Shown: positions 1 through 13,136, counted from the whole stretch's first letter. The stretch: DNA of 63,155 nucleotides, filler included, from Octopus bimaculoides (GCF_001194135.2; 6 parts of 6 records of this genome joined end to end with filler, not necessarily neighbours in it); one strand, 5' to 3'. Notes: generated by a model not told the origin, from the sequence alone. Program-made: numbers and translations.

Positions 1-84
1 TAGGAGTTAGAACTTGTGATTCGCCCACGGACCTTTTTCTTTGGAAATTTTTGCCCGCCGCATTAAAAAGTTTTCCCACCCCTG
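1..84. mobile_element. End of a hAT (Charlie-like) non-autonomous element
   Basis: Ends in ...AAAAAGTTTTCCCACCCCTG; the reverse complement CAGGGGTGGGAAAACTTTTT resembles hAT-Charlie termini. The other end lies outside the window. Confidence 0.45.
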
Positions 85-96
85 CATTAGAACAAT

Positions 97-477
97 TGTT
101 GTTGTCGGTACTCCGTCGCTTACGACGTCGAGAGTTCCATTTGATCCAATCAACGGAACAGCTTGCTCGTGAAATGAACGTGTAAGTGGCTGAGCACTCC
201 ACAGACACGTGTACCCTTAACGTAGTTCTCGGGGATATTCAGCGTGACACAGTGGGACAAGGCTGACCCTTTGAATTACAGGCACAACAGAAACAAGAGT
301 GAGAGAAAGTTGCGGTGAAAGAGTACAGCAGGGTTCGCCGCCATCCCCTGCCGGAGCCTCGTTGAGCTTTAGGTGTTTTCGCTCAATAAACACTCACAGC
401 GCCCGGTCTGGGAATCGAAACCGCGATCCTATGACCGCGAGTCCGCTGCTCTAACCACTGGGCAATTGCGCCTCCAC
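97..477 (-). mobile_element. tRNA-derived SINE, family A, full length
   Basis: Minus-strand head with A/B-box-like motifs (CAGTGGTTAG...GGTTTCGATTCC) and a (CAA)n tail. Flanked by ATTAGAACAAT (86-96) and ATCAGAACAAT (478-488), a TSD with 1 mismatch. Closely matches 9,524-9,918. Confidence 0.9.
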
Positions 478-595
478 ATCAGAACAATAACTCGAGGTCA
501 TAAAATACCGTGTTACTATCAATTTCAGCAACATGAATCGACACGTCAACTTTACAGTGATCGCAATTCGAAATTTGACCAGCATGAATCGATAG

Positions 596-938
596 GCGTG
601 ACACCTTGGGCAAGTGTCTTCTACTATAGCCTCGGACCAACTAAAGCTTTGTGAGTTGATTTGATGGACGGAAACTGAAAAGAAGTACGTTGAGTATATG
701 TATAGGTATTTATCTGTGTGTGTGTTTTGTGTCTATGTTGCACCAACCCACTCCTTGACAACCGGTGCTGGCGAGTTTACGTCCCTGTAACTTAGCGGTT
801 AGGCCAAAGCGGCCGATAAGATAAATATCAAGCTTTCAAAAAGTAAGTTTTGGAGTCGTTACATTCAGCTAAAAATTCTTCAAAGTGAAGCTCCAGCATG
901 GCTGCAGTCTAAAGACTGAAACAAGTAAAAGATAAAAA
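596..938 (+). mobile_element. SINE family D (head, internal microsatellite, 3' module), 5'-truncated
   Basis: Shares CCTTGGGCAAGTGTCTTCTACTATAGCC and CTCCAGCATGGC...GACTGAAACAAGTAAAAG with more than 10 other copies in the window. Confidence 0.85.
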
Positions 939-943
939 ATATA

Positions 944-1169
944 CTCTTTTACTCTTTCACTTATTTCAGTCATTTGACTGTGGCCATGCTAGAGCACCGC
1001 CTTTAGTCGAACAAATCGACCCCAGGACTTATTCTTTTGGAAGCCTAGTACTTATTCTATCGGTCTCTTTTGCCGAACCGCTAAGTTACGGGGACGTAAA
1101 CACACCAGTATCGGTTGTCAAGCGATGTTGGGGGGACAAACACAGGCACACAAACATATACACACACAT

Positions 1170-1200
<31 letters not shown>

Positions 1201-1208
1201 CATATATA
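944..1208 (-). mobile_element. SINE family D 3' module, tail-to-tail with the previous copy; runs into a gap
   Basis: Reverse complement of the family D 3' module, followed by (CA)n/(TA)n and an N-run. Confidence 0.85.
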
Positions 1209-1957
1209 NNNNNNNNNNNNNNNNNNNNNNNNNNNNNNNNNNNNNNNNNNNNNNNNNNNNNNNNNNNNNNNNNNNNNNNNNNNNNNNNNNNNNNNNNNNN
1301 NNNNNNNNNNNNNNNNNNNNNNNNNNNNNNNNNNNNNNNNNNNNNNNNNNNNNNNNNNNNNNNNNNNNNNNNNNNNNNNNNNNNNNNNNNNNNNNNNNNN
1401 NNNNNNNNNNNNNNNNNNNNNNNNNNNNNNNNNNNNNNNNNNNNNNNNNNNNNNNNNNNNNNNNNNNNNNNNNNNNNNNNNNNNNNNNNNNNNNNNNNNN
1501 NNNNNNNNNNNNNNNNNNNNNNNNNNNNNNNNNNNNNNNNNNNNNNNNNNNNNNNNNNNNNNNNNNNNNNNNNNNNNNNNNNNNNNNNNNNNNNNNNNNN
1601 NNNNNNNNNNNNNNNNNNNNNNNNNNNNNNNNNNNNNNNNNNNNNNNNNNNNNNNNNNNNNNNNNNNNNNNNNNNNNNNNNNNNNNNNNNNNNNNNNNNN
1701 NNNNNNNNNNNNNNNNNNNNNNNNNNNNNNNNNNNNNNNNNNNNNNNNNNNNNNNNNNNNNNNNNNNNNNNNNNNNNNNNNNNNNNNNNNNNNNNNNNNN
1801 NNNNNNNNNNNNNNNNNNNNNNNNNNNNNNNNNNNNNNNNNNNNNNNNNNNNNNNNNNNNNNNNNNNNNNNNNNNNNNNNNNNNNNNNNNNNNNNNNNNN
1901 NNNNNNNNNNNNNNNNNNNNNNNNNNNNNNNNNNNNNNNNNNNNNNNNNNNNNNNNN

Positions 1958-2033
<76 letters not shown>

Positions 2034-2139
2034 ATGTGTGTACGTGCGCGCGCTTGTGTATATATTTACATGAAGTTGAATATATGTCCAGTCATACAGT
2101 GATCAACGGTTTTGCATCCGCAAAGCACACAATGTACGT

Positions 2140-2340
2140 ATGTGTGTGTGTGTGTTTGTGTCTGTTCTCCACCACCGCTTAAGAACCGTTGTTGGGAGTA
2201 TGTTTACGTCCCATAACTTCGCGGTTTGGCAAATGAAACCTATAGAATAAGCACCAAGCTTTTCAAAAAAAGTTAGTACTGGGGTCGATTCGTTCAACTC
2301 AAAAAAAGTTCTTTTAGGCTGATACAAGTAAAAGATAAAA
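2140..2340 (+). mobile_element. SINE family D 3' module
   Basis: GTTTACGTCCCATAACTTCGCGGTTTGGCAA...GGGGTCGATT module following (TG)n. Confidence 0.75.
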
Positions 2341-2721
2341 GTTAAGAAGCATGTTTTTAGGAAGATTCCAGGAAACTATCGAGGCCTGTTGTAGAATTAA
2401 TAATGCTCATTTCAACCATGGCTGACATTACATGATGTAAATGAAATGTCTGTTTTTGTGTATGAATTGAAGATTGCAATCAAAAACCTTGTCCTATTTC
2501 CAAAGGCAATAAATTTAAACAACATCTTTGAGTGTACTACTGAAGAGAAATTCAATACAAGATGGGTTTGGTTTAAAGCAGAATTTTGTTTTTTTAATTT
2601 ACGTAATTACTGGTAAGAAATCAGCCATTGTTGATTAAGAAGCTGCAACAAAGTATAATTATTTTTTTAATGAAAATATTTTGGAAAAAAGAATAGGCTG
2701 AGTAATTAATATTTAACGTGG

Positions 2722-2842
2722 ACGGGTTCAGTCCCACTGCGTGGCACCTTGGGCGAGTGTCTTCTACTATAGCCTCGGACCGACCAAAGCCTTGTGAGTG
2801 GATCTGGTAGATGAAAACTGAAAGAAGCCCGTCGTATATATG

Positions 2843-2873
<31 letters not shown>

Positions 2874-3100
2874 ATATATTTGTATGTCTGTGTTTGTCCC
2901 CCAACATCGGTTGACAACCGATGCTGGTGTGTTTACGTCCCCGTAACTTAGCGGTTTGGCTAAAGAGACCAATAGAATAAGTACTAGGCTTACAAAGAAT
3001 AGGTCCTGGAGTCGATTAGCTCGACTAAAAGGCGGTGCTCCAGCATGGCCACAGTCAAATGACTGAAACAAGTAAAAGAGTAAAAAAAAAAGAGTAAAAG
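2722..3100 (+). mobile_element. SINE family D, near full length
   Basis: B-box-like GGGTTCAGTCCCAC, internal (TA)/(TG) tract, 3' module and GAGTAAAA tail. Confidence 0.88.
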
Positions 3101-4510
3101 AATGAATTCAAGAAATTATATTTTGAAAATATATATAAAAAAAAAACAACTCATAATTCAATGTTTGTAAGGATCCTTTCATTAATTTCTTCGGAAAAAT
3201 ACTAACAGATTTTTCATTAAAGCTAAGTTGTGTGTTTATTACTCAACAAAATCGAATGAGTTTTCACAAAATGGCCTGCATTATGCGCATGTATAGCATG
3301 CGCTCACATCATTTTCAACTGTGACACTAACACTACAAACTGGAATTATATTTTGAATAAAATACTGTGGATATATTATGGCATTATATTTTTTCCAATT
3401 CACTGCAGCCTCTAATACCGGTTTACATTAAAATGTCATTACATTCATGCATGCTATCTCATATGCCTAATTATGCAGAAGATTAATGAGTCGCACAAAA
3501 ATAAGACTGATTTGGAAAAATATGACTGTTTGCAGTGACAATTTCTTTCATCAAACTCTTTTCCTACTCTTCCATAAATATTACACTACAGTATGAATGT
3601 ATTCTGTGAACTTCACAACCTCTTCAGAATGCGGATACAGCCAAATGCAATGAACAAAGCCACAATTATGCATAGAAGCCATTGACTCGCGTACATTGCC
3701 TGTTAATTGCCTTCTTCTTTAACATTCGATACACCACTGCTTAAGCGCCATTATTTTACTCACATTAATTATGAATGTAATTTTGGCGATTCCAGCTTAA
3801 ATGCTGAGAACTATCACATTAGATACTTTATCGCAGTGTATCTCATTGCAGGATCAAACTCCCGTCGGTGGGGGAGAAGAGCTATGGAAATGGCAAACGG
3901 ATGGACAAATAGCCATGTTTAATAAAACCAATATGGCTTTGAACTTGCTACATTTGTCCAACACAGTTGTGATGAAGAATGAAGAATGTGTACTTATAAT
4001 TAGCTGTGAGTGTATATCTTTTACTAAAAGAAATCAATTAATAGTCTGTACTGTCAAGAAAAAAAATGTTAAATTCCAATTTTATTATATATATTTTTTT
4101 TATCAAAATGTGGTTTCTAGACTTCTTTTATTATTGAAGATTTCAATTGCACGCTAATCAGAAAACTAATATTTATTTATTGCGACATGCGTTTTTTAAC
4201 ATCTTACATTTGTATCCCTTTCTACCGTTTCCTTGCAACTCAGTCTGTCTGTCTGTCTCTGTCTCTCCCCCCTCTCCCTCTCTCTCTCTCCATCTCTTCT
4301 TTTTATCGCCTCTATTCCTATTAATCTTTCTAATTCTATATCCTTATAACCTTTTCTTTTTCATTTTTAAGCTCATCTTTTTTTTCTTTCAACGTTTTTC
4401 TTCATTTGGGCTTTGTCTCATCTCATTCTCTCATTGCACCCCCTTACCTTATTATTTCATTTAATACATTTTCGTCTTTTTCCAGTACACTTTCACTTTC
4501 TTTCTTTGCA

Positions 4511-4547
<37 letters not shown>

Positions 4548-4581
4548 NNNNNNNNNNGCACGCACACGCACGCACACACAA

Positions 4582-4628
<47 letters not shown>

Positions 4629-5763
4629 TTATCTCTCTTTCTTCCCCTTTCTCTCTATCTCTCTCTTTCTTCCCCCCTCTCTATCTCTTTTTCTTCCCCT
4701 CTCTCGCTCACTCACTCTCTCTCTCTACTGCGTTTGTTCAACCATTTCCATTAAAAATAAATGATTCCATAGTATTTCTTTGTAACACCATATCTATTTA
4801 GTATATCAAAATTACTTACAGAATTTCCATTTCAAGTTTTATATATATTAGCAGAAATACACATCACCGCAGTTATGTACTAAGCAATCATGACCTACAG
4901 TAAAAGAATACCACCCAAAGGGCAGTGTTTCTATTAGAATGCAAAATTTCACTTGTCTGAGTGGAACTGGCGGGCGGAACTGTGACTTTATAGTTTGCGA
5001 ACTTATTATTTATAGCATCCAGCTGTTATGACGAAAACACTTCTTTCTTAGAAAGCGTTATCAGTTATCGGTAGAATTTCTTCCGAAAAAACTCTGACTT
5101 TCGTTTTATTTTGAAAAAATTTTCAAAAAACGTTTCATTTTCTTATTTTATTGCACTTTTCTATTGGAAAAAAACTGCAAATAAAGGCTTATTTGTACAT
5201 GCACACACACATATTCATACACAAACACACACACACACACACACAGACACACGTATGCGTGCACGCACACACACATATATAAATAATACATACATACATA
5301 TATGCATACATATATACATACACACATACATACACACATATACTCACGCACACACACACTCGTGAGTTGGTAGAATCTTTACCGCTCCGGATACAATGCT
5401 TAGCGGCATGTCTTCCGACATTTTACACTCTCAGCTCAAAGGCTGGCTTAATATTAAAGGCCCTCAGGAAAATCAGTGCAATTTGCCCTTTAATATTTAT
5501 TTATTTATTTACAAGAAACCCAACACACATAGATCAGAACTGGGGTTCTAAATTCATGCCTTAAAATGGCACTGCCCACACCGAAGCTGCCAGTGCAGAA
5601 GACGAATCCTTCGCTATTCTCAACTCATTGCGTCAAGTTGTTTCATCTCCTCCTCGCATTCGAAACGGCTGTTGCGATAGGTCAATAGCATCACAGGATT
5701 TAAGTAGCTTACATCTAAACACGCACGCACGCACACACACACACACACACAAACACACGCACA

Positions 5764-5818
<55 letters not shown>

Positions 5819-6375
5819 ACTTTCTCTCTCTACCCCTTTCTCACACACTTTCACATAAAAAATCAAGTTCCCCAAAAAAGCAAAATAAAAAATAAAAAGC
5901 AATAAATATCTAAAGGATATTCACAGTTAATATTGTTAGGGTGATTGTCAAAGAAGGGAAACAGTTCTGAAATAAAACTTATAGAGTGAATATATATATA
6001 GAAAGAGTGAATATATATATATATATATCAAAAAGATGTGTTATAATACTGTTCCACAGCCATACCAACAATCCAACATACCTCTATCATCAGCTGCCCC
6101 ACGGATATCATTATGGTTTCGACACCTAGGCAGTACCATTCAATCCGGCGGTGTCAACAGCACTAAAATAAGTGTTGTTTGGGAACAAACAAACCAAAGA
6201 AACCACAACTTTCAAACACATTTATTCTATCTACAACCGTACCGATAAATAAATTCAATAAGTAAATTATAACCACTCTTAAATACGTAACTAAACAGCG
6301 ACAAATCTATTAAGNNNNNNNNNNNNNNNNNNNNNNNNNNNNNNNNNNNNNNNNNNNNNNNNNNNNNNNNNNNNN

Positions 6376-6406
<31 letters not shown>

Positions 6407-7209
6407 ATGTATGTATGTATGTATGTATGTATATGGGTATATAAACGTTCCGAAACGGTGCGTCTTCGAGAAAAACTTATTTGATTTTCGAAATCTTCGT
6501 CCCAATGAGAAGATTTTCGGTAATTTGCAATAAAAAAATGTAAAATTTGCTTCGAAAAATAACTTTTCTATCACAAAATATACCACTCTCTATCTATCTC
6601 TATTAGGCTTTTTTTTTACACCTTTCCTCTCTCATATATATCTATTACATTCTCTATATATCTCTCTCTCCCCTTCTCTCTCCTCCTCTGTATATGTACA
6701 TCTCTCGCGCATGCTGCTCCCCACTTTCTTCATATTACATGTAATACAATATCAACAGCGTCTGTCTATCGTGATGTAAATTATTTATACGACTGTTCGA
6801 CCGTTTTACATGACTTTATCCATTAAAACTTATTAAAACTTCTTACAACTTTTGCTGACATCATTGTTTTCATTTTGTGAAAGACAGTTATCTGGCAGAA
6901 AATGCTAGATTCCAAATCTTGTTTTTGGATTATGCAAAAATTATCAAATTTTAAACCTTTGTAACATTTTTACAAAACTTTTCTCAGATTCAGCGTGAAA
7001 AAATACATCAATATACCAGAAAAACTTTCAACTGTATCTTACTATCTGGCATGCGAATTTCCAATCAAACTTATTGTCTATGAGCTTGTAACGTACACTT
7101 GAGTGAAATTCCTCTCCTCTCTATTATATATACATACATACGAACGTAGTAGATAACAGCTAGCCTTTGGCTGCATTTTGAATCCTGTTGTGTCCACTAC
7201 TATGATTAG

Positions 7210-7356
7210 TTCGTGAACTACTTCACCATGGATCCACAGCGAATATACAACCTGCGAGAACTCCTAACCAAGTTACCCAGGCAGCAGCATCACAGACACA
7301 ACTTCACGTACGACATGTACCGCAACCGGCTCTGCATCATCGCCGCAACATCTTGA
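7210..7356 (+). pseudogene. Short C-ending-codon ORF (FVNYFTMDPQRIYNLRELL...MYRNRLCIIAATS*), possibly a Tc1 transposase C-terminal relic
   Basis: 48 open codons with strongly C-biased third positions. MYRNRLCIIAA loosely resembles the Tc1 ending MRRRCxAVIAAxGG. Not confirmed. Confidence 0.25.
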
Positions 7357-8474
7357 TACATTATTTCAACTATCGCGTACAATTGACTAGAACTGGTGTT
7401 TAGCATTCTTGTGTCTATGAACTTACTCCTCACTTCGATGGCTATAGACTCTTTTCGCCATCCTTGTATGTTCTTAACGTGCATACATCTATGCCTACAT
7501 ACACACGCATACATCTTATTCTTATGACGGCCTGTCTATTATTCTGTATATATGACGCACACACAATCACACATGTTAACATATCAATAAATCTTCTCTT
7601 AAACATTCTACCCGGTTGTGTCACTTATTTCCCTCAGCCACATATATGCATTGTTCTATTTATATTTATTGTATCGACCGTGTGATGTACTAAGGAGTCA
7701 TTCTCATCACTTCGCTTCGCACGGACGTCACAAATCGGCGACCCTTTCCAGCTCCTTGAAACTACAAAACAATTATAATGGGAGGAAATACTCCACAGGC
7801 ATCTAAACCTGCAATTTCATTATAAGCTTCTCCAACCTCATGTCTCTTGCATTAGTAGCTTACTGTTAGAAAGAAGAAAACAAAAACTGTAATACTGTTT
7901 ATTAATATAAGATTTCTGTCAGTAAAAGTAAGTTAAAAAGAAATGATTTATAATAGAAAACTATTTTTTGTTCGAATCTAGCTTTATCTTCCATCAAAGA
8001 CCTTGTTAAGATTACTGTTTGTTATTTTATTCTTCAGTAACGTTAACCATGAGCCGTTATGTGCTTAGTGCCAGAGAAAAATTTTGCAAAACGCTTTTCC
8101 ATTTCTTACTGGTGTCGAGGATGTTTATAAAGCGAATATTTTCTCTTTATAAACATTATCTATAAACAGGATATATCCCTAATTCACTACTCCCGAAAAT
8201 TTCTAAATGTTCACTCTTTGTGATTTTCCCTAGTTCTGGTTGTATTTGCTGCATGTATATTTTGACTCATTCGTAAAAAGAATTTCAGGTCTTACCAATG
8301 TAAATTCCTTTGTTGGGACAGATTAAGCACTAGACCAAATTTTCTGTCTTACAGTTCATGTCAGCGTTTATTTTGAAAGACTGTGAGCCTTTGAATTGCA
8401 TCTCAGATCTAAATAATTGCAGCTGTCTGTACTGTATGTTTCTTCCCTAATCACACGCCTGCTATATCTACAAG

Positions 8475-8792
8475 CAGAGCCGGATTAAGACCCATCGAGG
8501 CCCTAAGCATTTAAAATATTTTGGTGCTACCATATATATGTAATTCAAAATTTAAACAATAATAAGCCATGTTTATTTTATCTTTTTATGCTTCCACTTT
8601 ATATTTCAAAAGTTACTTTTTTTTTAATTGTAAAGCCTTCGATCAAATCCTCACTACGACCTCGAATATTATTTTTGCAAATTTAAAGTCATTTCTTTTG
8701 TGCCGTAAACAATTTACCATTTCTGTCGTGTCCCTACTTCCTTTGATGCCCTAAGCACGTGCTTATTTTGATTAATGGTTAATCTAGCACTA
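8475..8792. mobile_element. hAT-type MITE
   Basis: Imperfect TIRs CAGAGCCGGATTAA / TTAATCTAGCACTA. 8-bp TSD TCTACAAG (8467-8474) and CCTACAAG (8793-8800), which is the hAT TSD length. Confidence 0.75.
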
Positions 8793-9523
8793 CCTACAAG
8801 AGATTAACGGAAAATTTGGAATAATTTTCTTACCTGAATTTTACCTTTTTAAGAGGTTTTTTTTTTAAAGGTTTTTTAGTTGACGTTTCCTGTTGAAGAT
8901 TGAGCTTTCGCTGACTAGGTTTGACAGTTTTGTGCTTAGCAACAAGATTAGATCGGCCTGAATGGCAATAAATATGTTTGTCATTCCTAGATAACGAGCG
9001 TTGACAACACGAACAATATCCTTCTCACATTTATAGATATGTCCACCTTCTTTGTTATGCTTTTCTTAAAACCCCGTTGTCTACTAAATATCAAGAACAT
9101 CTGACCTTGGAATGTTTCATACTGATAGCGGTCTTTTAGAAACAGTATTTTATCTTTTCTGACAATAATTTTTATTTTTGAATTTATTTATGTATTATTC
9201 TGATAACGGGCGATAGTATTTTATACCAACTGTGTGTGTGCGCGCATGCGTAGATATATACTTGACAGTGCCATTATTATTGCCTTTTGTTGCCCCTTTC
9301 TTCCAGTCTAATCAGGCCCAAACCTGTCTCTCAGCTGGTATGGCTCTTTCTATTGCTCTAATCCAGCACCAAGCCACTTTTCAACGTCCCAGCCAAATGG
9401 AAGGTGGCATGGTGATGGAATAATACTGTAGATAGAAACATAAAAGACATAAGACGGGCCTGAATAGCTTGAAGAAAAGGAACAGCAAAGCATAGAGTAA
9501 TATCAAGTAGCTAGACGTTAGGT

Positions 9524-9918
9524 TTGTTGTTGATTTTGTTGGCACTCCGTCGCTTACGACGTCGAGGGTTCCAGTTGATCCGATCAACGGAACAGCCCGC
9601 TCGTGAAATTAACGTGCAAGTGGCTGAGCACTCCATAGACACGTGTACCCTTAACGTAGTTCTCGGGGATATTCAGCATGACACAGTGTGACAAAGCTGA
9701 CCCTTTGAATTACAGGCACAACAGAAACAGGAAGTAAGAGTGAGAGCAAGTTGTGGTGAAAGAGTATAGCAGGGTTCGCCACCATCCCCTGCCGGAGTCT
9801 CGTGGAGCTTTAGGTGTTTTCGCTCAATAAACACTCACAACGCCCGGTCTGGGAATCGAAACCGCGATCCTATGACCGCAAGTCCGCTGCCCTAACCACT
9901 GGGCCATTGCGCTTCCAC
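9524..9918 (-). mobile_element. tRNA-derived SINE, family A, full length
   Basis: Perfect 12-bp TSD TAGACGTTAGGT (9512-9523 and 9919-9930), tRNA-like head, and a match to 97-477. Confidence 0.92.
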
Positions 9919-10451
9919 TAGACGTTAGGTATAAATCAGTAAAATGAGACGCCGAAAGTGAATGGTTTTGCTAATATTCTGAGTAGTAGTGTGTATGTTA
10001 TCATTCAGGGTAGAATGATTACGTAGAAAAACAAGAGGCAGAGAAGAACTATTACGAAATGTTGAATAAAGGGAATGCATTTGAGCGAGAGAGGAGGAGG
10101 AAGAGGAGGAGGGAGTGAGTGAGGGAGACAGTGAGAAAAAGAGAAAGTGAGGAAAAGAATGGGAAGAGGGAGAAACTTCTCTTAGTAGATTCAAACTGAC
10201 AGTATGGTATAGGCGCAACCGAAAGATATGAAGGAAGGGTATACAGCTGGTCCATCAGGAATTGTCCCTGAGATGCTTTAAACATCTGACGCAGTGAGGA
10301 ATGCGCTAAACCAGCGGATAGTAGAATAACGTGTTAGACCTAACAATTGACGTAACAGTTTTATCGTCAACTGCTTCAAATGTGATGCACCAGAGATAGG
10401 TAATTCAAACGCATAAAACTGTTGTAACAGGTTAGAATAATTAAAGAAAGA

Positions 10452-10682
10452 GGCGGCGAGCTGGCAGAAACGTTAGTACGCCGGGCGAAGTGTTTAGCAG
10501 TATTTCGTCTGCCGTTACGTTCTGAGTTCAAATTCCGCCGAGGTCGACTTTACCTTTCATCCTTTCGGGGTCGATAAATTAAGTACCAGTTGCGCACTGG
10601 GCTCGATGTAATCGATTTAATCCCTTTGTCTGTCCTTGTTTGTCCCCTCAATGTTTAGCCCCTCGTGGACAATAAAGAAATA
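10452..10682 (+). mobile_element. SINE family B (Meta-domain-like core), full length, CpG-intact
   Basis: Core GCCGAGGTCGACTTT.CCTTTCATCCTTTCGGGGTCGATAAATTAAGTACCAG. 18-bp TSD AGAATAATTAAAGAAAGA (10434-10451 and 10683-10700). 17 CpGs in 10,451-10,620. Confidence 0.9.
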
Positions 10683-10844
10683 AGAATAATTAAAGAAAGA
10701 GTTATAGCAAAATTGATTAGGAAGAGAATTAACCTAAATAAAATACAACTCGATTTGGCATGCAGGCAGGGGTCCATCAGGACCTAAACCTGAACTCCTT
10801 TCTGTTTGTCATAATCCTCCAGGCCACAATAGAGAAGTTAATAT

Positions 10845-11085
10845 GTAAAATATAGTGTTTAAAAGAGAAGACTGTCTCACATGGAAGATAACAATTGTAT
10901 AAAGAAATGCCGAGTACTCAAAGTGGCCGGAAGACATAAGACGATATAATAAAGACTGATCTCAAGAAGTACCACTCGAAGGAGATAACAAAAAAGCCTC
11001 GATAATTGGCGTCACGCGGTACGAGAGGAAATTCGCTAACTCACTCGTGCGTACATGACAAAACAAACGTTAAAATGATAATAGC
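10845..11085 (+). mobile_element. RTE-clade LINE 3' fragment
   Basis: Broken translation SHMEDNNCIKKCRVLKVAGRHK...IIKTDLKK...DNWRHAV matches the RTE ORF C-terminal pattern; ends in an AAACGTTAAAATGATAAT tail. Confidence 0.6.
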
Positions 11086-11466
11086 AATGGCGATCGCGAA
11101 GTATATATGTCTACATAGGGTTTCTTTCCATTATATTCTAGGTGGATTTCCTTCTCCTTCTCTTTTGTCTTTAATACATTTTCATCTAAGACTTAACCTC
11201 TCTCCTAACGAGATACTGCTTCAGATCTAATTCACTTTGCTCCTATCACGAAACCTGTGTAACAAGGGACTATTTTCGATGAACCTTGCCATCACTTTTT
11301 TTTATCGTTAGCCATCTCTCCCTTATGACCATGTCACTTATTATTGGCTTTCACTTCTCTCTCTAACCATCGTCAAGCTCTATTACTATCCATCATTCAC
11401 TCAGTCTTTCTTTCACTAGCAAACATGTAGCTGTTATCACTGTCTCTCTGCCGTTACTTCTTCCAA

Positions 11467-11479
11467 TCTCTCTCTCTCG

Positions 11480-11560
<81 letters not shown>
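11467..11560. repeat. (CT)n microsatellite
   Basis: Seen directly. Confidence 0.95.
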
Positions 11561-11985
11561 GTATCGTCTCGCTCTGGTTTCTGTGTTACTGGTTTCTCTC
11601 CTGTTCTGCCCCTCTTAACAGTGTTGCTTTGGAGAAACAGTGAGTAGTGAGATCTCTTTAGTCTTACAGAGTACAATAGCGATGGTGACAATATGAAATG
11701 CACCTAAATACACTCTGTAAATTGACTGGCGAAATGAGGACACTATATAGTATCGAAAAGGCCTTTTAGTCTTGCCGAGGACATGACAAATTTTCAAGTA
11801 TTGGTGGAATGATAAAATGCACCCAGTACATTCTGTAAAATGATTCGTGTCGGTAAAGGTAGCCACCTGTTGAACCTTTGACAAAAATGTAACGTACGAA
11901 AGATACGTAGTCCTTCACCTGTCTAGAATGACTAGTTCTGAATAAAACTGACTTTTACCTGTGACTCAATTCCCTGAAGTAATAC

Positions 11986-12026
<41 letters not shown>

Positions 12027-12119
12027 GGGAGAATTCACAAAAAAAAACACAATAGACGAAGACAGGTGGTGTAGACAACAAACAGATGTATTAGTATAAC
12101 GCTCGGGAAGTGAAAAAGT

Positions 12120-12155
12120 CTTTAACGTTTCGAGCCTACGCTCTTCCACAGAAAG
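12120..12155 (-). ncRNA. Minimal hammerhead-like motif with variant core, typical of Penelope-like element terminal repeats
   Basis: Minus strand reads CTTT-CTGTGGA-A-GAGC-GTAG-GCTC-GAAA-CGTT-AAAG: stem I CTTT/AAAG, perfect stem II, GAAA, palindromic AACGTT. The core has U instead of the invariant A6. Confidence 0.4.
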
Positions 12156-12260
12156 GAACACAGAAAGAAACAAGGAGAGAAAATAAAGAATGTGTAGTAG
12201 CTAACGATCTACCATGGCGAATGCCGGACAGAAGGGTCACACAGGAGAGCTTGGAAAATT

Positions 12261-12560
12261 AAGATAAACACCAGGATAAATATTTAGTTTCTACGTACGT
12301 TTCACCATTGCAGTTATTTAGAACTCAGCATTGAATGTTCAAAGTGCAGTTGGATGCCTAACTGCAATACATCATCAGAGGAACACTTTATTGTATTCTG
12401 TTACAGAGATCTAATATATGTAGCAGAAGGCTACAAACTGTTTCCTTGAACCACTACGATTAGGCATCCAAACGCACTTTGAACATCCAATGCTTAGTTT
12501 GAAATAATTGTGATGGTGAAACGCATGTAGGAACTGAATGTTTATGCTGGTGTTTATCTT
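12261..12560. mobile_element. Fold-back (palindromic) element with ~100-bp arms
   Basis: AAGATAAACACCAG...TTGGATGCCTAA is the imperfect reverse complement of TTAGGCATCCAA...CTGGTGTTTATCTT. A related partial copy lies near 18,280-18,360. Confidence 0.8.
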
Positions 12561-12789
12561 CATTTTCCATTACATATGCTCTGTGTAACATGACTAGATA
12601 CACCTCTAAGTATAGTATTCAACTAGCTACTATATTGGAAGCTGATTGGATAATGATAGTCTACAGGGAGCTCTAACTCAAACAGTAGAAGTCGTACATC
12701 CAACTGTATACACAAGATATATTCATGCGTACGTACGTGTGTGTGTGTGTGTGTGTGTGATTTTACTTTGAGTTTTATTTAAGTTTTTG

Positions 12790-13056
12790 AGTGAGTTCAA
12801 GTCGGTCGCTAACTAAGCGACAGCTCTTTTTGAGTCAAGAAAGTTCTCGACGTTTGTAAATGTGAAGTTGAGTTGGGGTGTTGGTTGAACTGTCGATGCA
12901 TAGAGCCAAGTATGTGCATCTATTCACATAAGAATCTCAGATGAAGAATTTTTGGAATGTCTTACACACCTTCACTGTGCCACTAATAGATTGGATTTGG
13001 AGATCTGCATCGGTTTCTTTTTCTTTCTCCTTGAAGCTGAGTATCTTGAGGTTTCT
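12790..13056 (+). other. Candidate 5' exon of an unidentified host gene
   Basis: Non-repetitive and CpG-retaining, ends at a GTATGT donor (13,057) just before the CpG-depleted block. Two open frames (MKNFWNV...ILRFL; ...DEEFLECL...YLEVS), neither recognised. Confidence 0.25.
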
Positions 13057-13097
13057 GTATGTATTTATTTGTTTGCTTGTTTGTTTGTTTGTTTGTT

Positions 13098-13136
<39 letters not shown>

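Noticed and set aside
400-477. tRNA gene-like A and B boxes (also 9,850-9,918 and 56,095-56,160)
   Set aside because: These are heads of SINEs with bodies, tails and in some cases TSDs; no complete cloverleaf was seen.
1115-2182. Long ORFs of 300-400 aa in the track (also 21,809-23,029 and 31,524-32,576)
   Set aside because: They consist of N-runs and (TA)/(CA)/(TG) microsatellites and carry no coding signal.
3852-4005. Exon-like segment after CATTGCAG (frames DQTPVGGGEELW..., GSNSRRWGRRAMEMANGW*)
   Set aside because: No recognisable homology, several frames equally plausible and no linked exon found.
5560-5715. Protein-like frames on both strands (NGTAHTEAAS...; DVSYLNPVMLLTYRN...)
   Set aside because: Only vague similarity to mariner or GPCR motifs; most likely an old TE relic.
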